64,000 nt of DNA. Source: Octopus vulgaris (Eukaryota). Shown piece after piece: positions 54,546-64,000 of this stretch (positions within the stretch are counted from its first letter, which is position 1; every line of letters starts with the position of its first letter). The position numbers and the translations under genes are program-made. Location of the stretch: assembly GCA_951406725.2 (NCBI GenBank), contig OX597832.1:32922001-32986000 (forward strand), written 5' to 3'. The notes under the pieces are model-generated. The model did no database searches. It was not told where the DNA came from and saw only the letters and a program-made list of their open reading frames with translations.

Positions 54546-55395
54546 GTGTTGGACAAAATAATGGAAACACCTTAAAATTTCAAGCAAGTTTATTTTAATA
54601 TGGCATAGGACCGCCTTTGGCAGTAATTACACCTTGAATTCTACGAAGTATGGACTCGTACAAAGCTTGAATTGTTTCCAAAGGACTTTTTGTCCATTCC
54701 TCAGCTAAAACAATCTCCAGTTCTTGAAGTGATGATGGTGGAGGATACCGAATCCTTACTTGTATTTTCTAAAATGCACCGTAAATATTCGATAATATTG
54801 AGATCTGGAGACTGTGGTGACTAGATAAGATGTTCAACTTCACTAGAATGTTCCTTGTGCCATTCAGTAAGAACTTCAGCTGTGAAAATTGGTGCATTAT
54901 CCTCCTGAAAAAAAATTGCTTTTTCCACCGGAGACAGTTCCGCAACTATAAATTGAATTTGATCGGATAACATGCTTAAATAGACTTAACTATTAATTCT
55001 TCCATGAAGGGAAACAATTGGGCTGGAAGATTTCCAAGATATGGACCCCAGGTAATCACAGATCCTCCTCCATGTTTAACAGTTGGGAGAAGGCAGTCTG
55101 GGTCAAATGCTTCTTTTGGCTGTCACCACACGTATACTTGGCCGGGGGTCATAAGTAAGTTAAAGAATGACTCGTCCAAGAATATAGCATTCTTCCACTG
55201 CTCTGTAGGTTTTTACTCCACTCTAATCGCTTTGCAACGTTTGTTTTTGAAATTAGTGGTTTTCTGATTGCAGCCCTCCCGTGAAATCCGGCTTTGTGCA
55301 GCTCCTGGCAAACAGTTTTTGTGGAAACTGGATTCTGGAGGTGTTCATTAGGCTCTGCAGTAATTTTGGGAGGTGTACCTTTCTGATCCTTTCTA
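54543..55395 (-). mobile_element. Tc1-type DNA transposon, one end plus decayed transposase (DD36E spacing)
   Basis: TA followed by TIR-like caggtgttggacaaaataatggaaacacc at the end of an (AT)n tract. Minus-strand WKNAIFLDESFF, VYVW*QPKEAFDPDCLLPTVKHGGGSV, FQEDNAPIFTA...*SPQSPDLNIIE and YPPPSSLQELE. Second D at 54899-54901 and E at 54788-54790 are separated by 108 nt (36 codons). Confidence 0.92.
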
Positions 55396-55409
55396 TATAT
55401 ACATATATT

Positions 55410-55565
55410 TGTGTCCGTGTTTATCTCTCCATCACAGCTTCAAACCCGACATTGGTGTGTTTTCATCCCTGCAAAGCAATTCGGAACTAAGAATGCCATA
55501 GAGCAAGTACTAGGCTTAAGAAAATAAGTGCTATGGTGGATTTGTTCGAGTAAAACCCTTCAAGA
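55410..55565 (+). mobile_element. SINE family B, 3' portion
   Basis: cacagcttcaaacccgacattggtgtgtttt...aagtactaggcttaagaaaataagtgc...gatttgttcgagtaaaacccttcaag. Confidence 0.6.
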
Positions 55566-57642
55566 CATTATTTAATTTTCTGACTACCAACCCCAGCTCC
55601 AGCCCCGATTCACCATAATCTCATATCGCCTGTATAAACGGCGTCCGTATTGGGATTAGCCTGCATATTTAAGACTTTTGTTGGTCTATTTAATGTGACC
55701 TTACATTCTTTGTCTTTTTCGCAAAATTTCAGGTATATTTCAGTGCTATTTTCTCTATTTTAAGCAAAGACGGTGTGTCTTTGTGCATTGTTTTTAAGTC
55801 ACAGTTCAGCCTAAAGACAGAGCAGACCCGTGGCTAAACATACGTCATAAATTTGATTCAAATATACTTTATATTTGATCACACTCTCCTCGCCTCCGCT
55901 ATTGTTATTGGGAGAAATTGGTTAAGATTTGAGTAAGGTCTGCTTGCAGCAGGTTAACCGATGATTCGGAATGTTCCTTCTTTGTCCCTTTGAAGTCCAT
56001 GCGCTTATTCGTGCCGGTGTTGTTCTTTACCACACAATCTGCGCTGACACTAAAAAATGATCATTTAAGACTTTCCATCCGTTCTTGAATTCCACTGATT
56101 ATAATCTAATTAACACTGAAATATCCCCGATCGCTGTGTGGCATGTGGTTTCTACTTCTAGCGCCAACAGCGACTGACTCTATATAAAATCTCTCTGTTT
56201 GGCTTTTCTCGGCTGCTGCGTGTAAGCATGTTGCATACGTTGATATATACATACATGAAATACACATATATTTATATAGATGTACACACACACACACATG
56301 TGTATAAATATATATATTTACGCACACAATACTTATATATAAAATTATCTATATGTATATGTAAGTGTGCACATACATATATAGACGAACACGTAAACAC
56401 ACAATATCAAACTCGTGCATGCGTATGTGTGTGTATGTGTGCAAGCATGTGTGTTTGTGTGTGTCTATGTCTGCTGATTTGAATCTCATCTGTATATTGT
56501 TTTCTTTAAAAAAAGCAACTGTTTCTATTTTAAAAGAAGAAACTACTTAAGTCCGGCTTTAAAGAAACACAGCAGACTATTTTTCAGCACACACAGAGGA
56601 TGTGTGTCTTCTTCTCTATCACACATAACTTAATTGATAGCTTATGGACTTCCGCTAACAGACAAACACACTGATTGTATTCCTCTGACAAGATTCTTTC
56701 ATTGAAAACTTGGCCATGTGAGTTATCTACTTAAAGATAGTCTGGAATTTATGATACACAAGCTTGGCTGATTCTTAAATGGAATCTACTTGATTAAATA
56801 TTCAAAATAACCTATTATACAATAAAATTCCAACTTGTCTGCTTTCATACGATTTTCGTTGAGACGACGGATAGCTTCTTTTGTATTTCCAGGTGATATA
56901 GTTTCGAAACACAACATTGCCCATTCACATTTCACCACATTTCACAGAGCTTTAAATAAAAGTAGCCCATCTCGGTTCCAGGCACGGTTGTCTGATTGTA
57001 ATGCTAGCGCGTATATACGAACATTCGGGTTCGATCCACACGGGGAACTCAAATGTTATAGGCAGAAATGGTACCTGTGATGGTTTCAAGCATTTTTATG
57101 CCACAAATGAAGAATGCTGACATAAGTGCCAAACTTTGGAAGGCTTAGGTGTGCATCGGTGTATGCCGCATCGATTTCACTTTCATTTCATCTGTGTTAT
57201 TAAAACGTTTCCTCAGCGACTGTCATCTGATGGAAAACTGAGCGGGCAAGAAATGCACTGTAGAGTTCATGAAGTACAACTGATCAGACCAATACGCCCA
57301 TCATCTGATTCGTTGCTATTGAGGTTGAGAGCTTCGACAAAAAATACTTAGAATCGGGACTGCTTCTGTTCAGCGACTGCAGCAAAAACGAGATGCGCAG
57401 GAAAGCTGCAGAGAACCAGTCCACGTTACTTATGCTACAAATCCTTTGCTTCAGTTGGTTAGATGCCTTTAGCCTTAAACCACGTTATTCCGAGTGTTTG
57501 AGTCCACTTTCTAAACAGAAGGCAACGTCTGTGTTATGTCCCGATGGCCCTATACACGCTAATGTTGGTAACTCGAAATTTAGTACCTCGAAAACTAGAC
57601 AACCACAACAAAAATGTATACTATTATAAATAAGTTACATCG

Positions 57643-57695
57643 TTCTTTCATTGACTGACATTTCTTTCATTGAGTAACGTTTCCTTCATTGAACG
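57643..57695. repeat. Three-copy 19-bp minisatellite
   Basis: ttc(t/c)ttcattga at 57643, 57662 and 57681. Confidence 0.75.
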
Positions 57696-58466
57696 GAATT
57701 TCTCAGTTCGAAACTCAATATGGTTCTACCTCCTGGTCTCAAATTAACAAATTGAACAAATCCTTAATGTAACAAATTAATTACTGGATGGCAGGCTTGA
57801 ACACACAACTAATTGTTATCGGTTTCAATGCATTTCCTTCGCCCCAGAAAAACATATATGCATACACACATACACACACACACACACACATACACACACA
57901 CACACACGCATACACACATTTGTATTCGTGTGTGTATGTATGTATGAACGCGCATAACGTATGCCAACATTTACAGGTGAATGATATTCTAAACGCCAGC
58001 GAGACCATAAGGAAGAAGATTCTTCGAAAGGAAATTTTACGTTTATATTTATTCTGCAGCAAGTCAATTGACACTTCCATAATTCACGATTGGCCATTTC
58101 GCCGTCGGAAACGCATCGACCAATAGATCGATTCGGACGAACAGTAGTTCCAAACAACGCAACTCTCGGAGAAATGCGGTATAGATTATATAAGTAGCAT
58201 GTGAATTTAGCAGCGTCTGTTTATATAAGACAAAGTGAGGTGGTCTGTAAATCTGTCCGTACACAGTATTGAAGTTTATTGATATACTGTCAACAGTTAC
58301 ATAGCAACGCATTCTCTGAACTTCCATAGATGATGACTACAAGAAATTAGTTTGATATTTATTCTTAGGAAAGAGACAGAGATAAAGACATACGTATAGA
58401 GAAGTTGTGGAAGTATCACTACGATACAGAGTAACTGGAATAAATACACTCTGGGTTCGTGTGTGA

Positions 58467-58520
<54 letters not shown>

Positions 58521-59004
58521 CTTTATAAAAATAGGGTAAAGTAAAATAATTTACTTTACCACACACCGAGCTTTTTAGAAATAGCAGCCGAAAATTTGGC
58601 TATTTCTTCTACTGCAAGAAAAAGTCTCCCAGACAATGCATACTCAGAAATAACTCACATAGGTATAAGGGAAAAACAACGAAAGATCACATCCATACGA
58701 GATACCCGAGGACAAGCCTGTTTCTGGATTAGTTGATTAAGCGCCAACATTTCCTTCATCAGCTCAGAGATTTCTTCTGATTTAGATTTGAAAGTACTAA
58801 GAATCAAACATACGCGTCCGATATATGTAACGCTGGACAAACCATGCCAGACCACCAGTACCAGCGAATCCAAAAATACAAATGAGATCTAGTATTCTCC
58901 ACTGTAAATGGTCATTTTACATACCGAACACTGCTTGGTCGAATTAATTAATAATTAATCAATTCTACCCTTTTTTATTGACAGTATATATATATATATT
59001 ATCT

Positions 59005-59191
59005 TCTACTCTTTTGAGTTACTAGGCTCAAACCATGCTAGGGAGTCGTATTCATGAGTTATAGCCGAATAGATCTTAGTAGTATCTTTGCCCCTTTTGA
59101 AACTCTGAGACTAATTCCATCGGTTTATTTTACCGAACATCGAGGATACGGGAATGAAAACACGCCAATACCAGTTGTCAAGTGGTGGTAG

Positions 59192-59195
<4 letters not shown>
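59005..59195 (-). mobile_element. SINE family B, 3' portion
   Basis: atcggtttattttaccgaac...tacgggaatgaaaacacgccaataccagttgtcaagtggtgg is the reverse of the family B tail. Confidence 0.55.
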
Positions 59196-59222
<27 letters not shown>

Positions 59223-59359
59223 CTACACACACACACACACACGTTGACAGCAAGCGGATTTGAAACTGCGAAACTAATTTCTTGTAGTTATCATCTATGG
59301 AAGTTCAGAGAAAGTGTTGCTACGTAACTGTTAAATCCACTAGATTCAAACAAACCAGT

Positions 59360-59468
59360 AGGATTATAGAGAGTTTGGATGTTAATCTGAGGACAGTGCA
59401 ATTCGGGGAAATGTACCGCGTGTTATAAAAACCAAACATCCAGTCAACAGCATTGTGTTCGGTGTGGA
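59360..59468 (+). mobile_element. Short maT/mariner-like transposase remnant
   Basis: IIESLDVNLRTVQ (HTH-like) is joined in another frame to NVPRVIKTKHPVNSIVFGV, which resembles VP.VMKTK.PA.VMV.GV of DD37D-type transposases. Confidence 0.5.
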
Positions 59469-60234
59469 AGAAGAAGAATGCGGGAGTTGTATGACAGTAG
59501 TAGGGTGTTGGTGAGGTGAATAATGGAGCTCTATTCCATACACATGTGGAGAGGATTAGACGAAGAACTTTCTCAAGTTGAAACAAGACGACTTCTGCAC
59601 ATTGGAGGAAGTGTAAAAAACTTTAGATAATTTATGATTTGAAGAACGTAATTTTGTATGAAATATTTAGTGTTTTATTTGTATTTATTTATTTACTTTG
59701 ATAAAGACAATTGAATGAGATGAGATTTTAACATCGCAGGATTTCTGTCCATTTCCGAAAGCAAAAACATGAGTGGAAAGAATTATAAACAGAGAAGACC
59801 TCTTTTGTTGTCTGATTAGGAAAGCCCTGAACTGTGAATGTATGAATGGTCATGTGGAGTTATCATGAGATTAGCCATCATGTTCAATTATAATTAAACA
59901 AGATAACTAAACTCAGGATAACAAAATATGACCATTGAGATATTTTTGTAAATGTTTTTTCCTTTTATTTTTACTTTTCCATTGTGGACCAGAATCAACA
60001 AATACATCCGTGTTTCATACGAGGCATCGATGAAGCTAATCAGATAATATAATGGGATTCTCTGGAATCTTTCTCTGCAAAATCTCTAATAATTCTATCA
60101 ATGTCGAAATCTCTGGTAACGCTTGATTCGATATTCAGTTTACTAAATCAACAAACGTGCTTTGAAGCATTGCAGAGTCATACAATCATACATACATACA
60201 TACATACATACATACATAGATATGTGTGTGTGCG

Positions 60235-60281
<47 letters not shown>

Positions 60282-60389
60282 GCATATGTATATTTGGATT
60301 TACTAAACAATCTGCTAACAATAGATGTTATTTTTAGCAATATACTCAAATATACATAAATGTTATGACGTTTTTTATTAAGGTTTTAG

Positions 60390-60535
60390 TCGTGGGTGTG
60401 TGACAAGAGTTTTGCTTGCCAAGCATACAATTCGGGATTCGCTCCAACTGTATGGTACTTGAGGCAAGGGATTACAACTGTAACTCCGAGTCGAAAAAAA
60501 CTTTGTGAATGAATTTGAGACAACGACACTGAAAA
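60390..60535 (+). mobile_element. SINE family B head
   Basis: gtgggtgtgtgacaagagttttgcttgccaagcatacaattcgggattcgctccaactgtatggtacttgaggcaag...tttgtgaatgaatttg...cactgaaa. Confidence 0.55.
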
Positions 60536-60543
60536 AAAGGCCT

Positions 60544-60587
<44 letters not shown>

Positions 60588-60608
60588 GATAGATAGATAG
60601 ATAGATAT

Positions 60609-60682
<74 letters not shown>

Positions 60683-62687
60683 TATGTGAGGTACTGGTCT
60701 CAAAAATACCCAAAAGTGTCAGGTAATGTTGAGTAAGTGCTATGGACAGACTATAGTCAAGTTCCAGCTTCGGTGATAATCCGAGCGAGGAGTCCAACGT
60801 AGGTCATATATTAGCATTCATATATATGTATATATATATATATATATAAAATTAACAGAATGAGATAGAAATTCAAGGTTGCTAAATACTTAAACTTGTT
60901 CTTTGACCATGGTCAACAAAGAATGGGACACACCAAGACATTTATATCGATGTAACGCAATGAAATAGGTTTCATTACACAAGCATTTCTGTTGTTTCGT
61001 AACATTTATATCAAAGTAGTTTCATTCACATAGATTCACGTTTTTGTTTTGAGTAAGTTTTTGACAATTTTTTGTTCAATCTCTATTCATGATTCAGTTC
61101 GTATTCCTCTCTGTGGTTTGGCGCCAGAAAACATAATTTTTATTGATTGTTTTTTTACCAGAAACTAGTTCACAGATTTCAGATGACAAATTCTTTAATT
61201 CCACAACATTTCTAAGCAGTTTGATTGTTTGGGAATTTCACGTGTGGATAGTTCCACTTACAAATACAAAATTCACGATAAATGGCAAGTTAAGTGAAGT
61301 TTATTGACTTTAGAGTACGAATCTTGCGGTTCCTTTGCTCATTATTTCAATAATAAACGTTGATTGTGCCATGGAATCGTCCTGTTAGCGCAAGATTATC
61401 CCTCTGCCTTTTCACTCACACAAACCAAAGTGTTGCGTTTAGTCAACACATTTTTGGTTGGACTTCGTTCGTTAACATCATCTATTCTTTCTTGATTAAA
61501 TTTTTTTACCCATCACGATGAAGCGATGAAAGCTGCTAACGTTTAACGAATTCGTTATTTTGGAAATGACTTAAATTAGAATGTAAACCAGCAAATGTCT
61601 TTTGGCAGACAAACTCTGAATTGCGGCAACTACATTTTATGAATGTGATAGTGAGAAAAAGGAAAAAATCTGAAAATGAAAATAAAAAGTACCAAATTGT
61701 ATTTTATGATTTAAACAACGAAAGCAATTTTCTGGAAAATTCTGGTTAAAAATATTAAAATGCTTTTCTGCAATCTGGTAGGAGTGTATATTTTAATTTG
61801 GATGCATCTACTGTGTGATATGAAACGGAAAGTAATAAATATAATCAATAGAGCTAACAGATAATTATTTCAATTATGCATGGTTAGTGTCTTCTTTCGT
61901 CTGTGGAATATCAACCTGATTTTGTGAGAGAAGTGTTTTAAGACGACATAATTAGGATAAGTTTGAAAGTCCTATTAATATAAAATGACAGGCGGACATG
62001 TTTGGTTTTACCATTCATCGTTCCATACTGTAAGACGATCGGTTCGTTTCATAGGGAAAATAGGCAGGCCTCGGAAGAACTACAAGATTATGACTGAATG
62101 TGGATCTTTATGAAATACTTGAGTGGAATGAGCTGCAGACAAGCAAATATGCTCGCGTCTCCCCTTGTGCCTATAAATAAGCTGGCCCTTATCTCTTATA
62201 GGTTCTGCATATAGAGATCTTTCGTTGCATAAAAATATGCTACTCGAATCGTTTGCAAGGCGTTACTCGATAAAAAGAATTGTCTGTTCACATTAAAAAT
62301 GTCTTCCACTACAGTTTTCCTATGTAATGTGATCTCTGATACAGAAATCTCAGGATTTGAAGACCTTTCTAATGAAATGGTAAATTTATCTTTCTCGTGG
62401 AAAAAACAACGGGACCCTTCGTCCAGAAAACATATAGAGTGTTTCGTGCAATACAAGTCACTTAAAACTCATCCCAGCATCAATACCTGCCAGAATGGTT
62501 TCCAGTCAACCCTCAAATTTTCTGAAGATAGATTTCATTCTAGGTAGATGTCGCTGATCATTGAGGTCTTGCTTAAGTTGTGAGGTACAAAATAGTGTGT
62601 GCATATGTACATTCATACTGATATACGCACATAAACACAATCATAAATACAAACACACGTACACACACATATGTATTTGTATGTATA

Positions 62688-63095
62688 GGCGCAGGAGTGG
62701 CTATGGAGTAAGAAGATTGTTTCCCAAGCACATGCATCAGGGTTCAATCCCACTACATGGCACATTACGCAAATAGTCTTCTACTATAGCGTCGGTCCGA
62801 CCAAAGCATTGTGAGAGGATTTGGCTGACAGAAACTGAAAGAAACCCGTCGTACACACATATGTGTGTGTGTGTGTGTGTATGTGTGTAGGTATGTATGT
62901 TTGTCCTCCTCCATCATTTCACAACCGGTGTGGTGTCTTTACGTTCCGGTAACTTCGCGGTTCGTCAAACGGAACATATAGAACATGTACTAGGCTTACA
63001 ATGCGTAAGTCCTGAGGTCGATTTGTTCGACAAGAAAAGCAGTGCTCCAGCATGGCCGCAGTAAAATGACTGAAACAAGTAAAAGGATAAAAGAA
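62688..63095 (+). mobile_element. SINE family B, near full length
   Basis: ggcgcaggagtggctatggagtaagaag (A-box-like), gggttcaatccc (B-box), body ...gaaactgaaagaaacccgtcg, internal (GT)n, tail ...ccagcatggccgcagtaaaatgactgaaacaagtaaaag. Confidence 0.85.
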
Positions 63096-63162
63096 AAAAA
63101 AGAATATGATTATATATACATCACGTATGTACTTTAATGTATATATGTATGTATACAAACAC

Positions 63163-63310
63163 ACGACGGGTTTCTTTCAGTTTTAGTCTACCGAATCCGC
63201 TCAAACGCATATGGTTACCTTAGTGCTATCAAAAAAGACATGCATAAGGCGCCACGATGGCCCGGGACTGAACTCGCAATGCCATAGTTGGGAAGCAAGC
63301 GCCTGCATAC
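63163..63310 (-). mobile_element. SINE family B head, reverse orientation
   Basis: acgacgggtttctttcagttt...gggactgaactcgcaatgccatagttgggaagcaagc. Confidence 0.75.
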
Positions 63311-64000
63311 ACACATACATACACATATAGACATACACACACACACATAAACACACGCACACAAACACACACACATATAAATGGTCAAAATTGGGGAAAT
63401 ATTATTTCAACGTTTACAATTACCGAAGCCCGTGGAAAGCGAACTCAGAAATCCCGAGGAACTACTTTCTACAATGAGAAACTGGGCATCACCGCAACAA
63501 CAGAGATTTGGTTGTCAATCGTTATTCACTTATATGAAGCCGTAGCAGTAAAGTTTAAGTAACCTTCCATTAGAATATATTGCCAGTGTTATAATTAGCT
63601 GTCAATTAAGCAAGTATTGTTTGATTTGTGTTCTTACTGAGTTAAGACTTGTCATAATTATAACATGACGAATTATCATTTACTGTAATTACTGCATCAC
63701 TTGGAAAAATGGCGTCGGAGCCGGAGTTATACAGTATGATATACGGTATTTGTAGATGCAGATATAATGACAAATATACGGGCATACACATATTCGCATT
63801 CGTATAGTGTAAGAGTTTGTATGCGTGTGTATGTGTGAGAGAGTCTCCGTGTGTACTCACATTCAGATGTACATGTCCATAAAATGACACACTCACCCAC
63901 ACACGTATATATGAAATACGCATATATACATATATTATTTATATATATATTATTTATATATATATATATGTACATTATTTATATATATATTATTTATATA

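Noticed and set aside
56835-57629. Three short plus-strand ORFs in a unique region, with an acceptor-like tttgtatttccag at 56892
   Set aside because: No consistent frame, donor site or homology I can recognise; might be UTR or lncRNA but unsupported.
62196-62547. Overlapping 82-aa and 86-aa ORFs on opposite strands near a TATAAATA
   Set aside because: No recognisable family; an upstream in-frame stop breaks the link to the nearby acceptor; lengths are within chance expectation.
1955-63975. The many supplied ORFs rich in YI/CV/HT/LS dipeptides or homopolymers (e.g. 35690-36341, 52126-52728, 17925-18587)
   Set aside because: They are translations of di- and trinucleotide microsatellites, which lack stop codons by composition; no domain content.

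Overview
Eukaryotic, AT-rich and apparently non-coding DNA (intergenic or a long intron). It is saturated with (AT)n/(AC)n/(AG)n/(ATAC)n/(AGAT)n microsatellites and compound trinucleotide blocks, with decayed transposable elements between them. The microsatellite load and three recurrent tRNA-headed SINE families look like an octopod cephalopod (Octopus-like) genome; this is inferred from repeat style, not from a search. No intact protein-coding gene, rRNA, true tRNA or CRISPR array is supported, and almost all supplied ORFs are translations of simple repeats. Recognisable relics: CR1/L2-like LINE pieces, a Helitron PIF1-helicase fragment, several RTE-clade LINE pieces (one with a YADD motif), a Penelope-like GIY-YIG element, a Tc1-type transposon end with DD36E spacing and a short maT-like transposase scrap. 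The most notable structures are an RTE copy with 5'-inversion (twin-priming) geometry, a highly diverged ~22-bp periodic array, two long near-perfect inverted repeats (one looping out only a SINE head) and microsatellites that switch strand at palindromic junctions. I found no convincing evidence of a novel multi-gene system.
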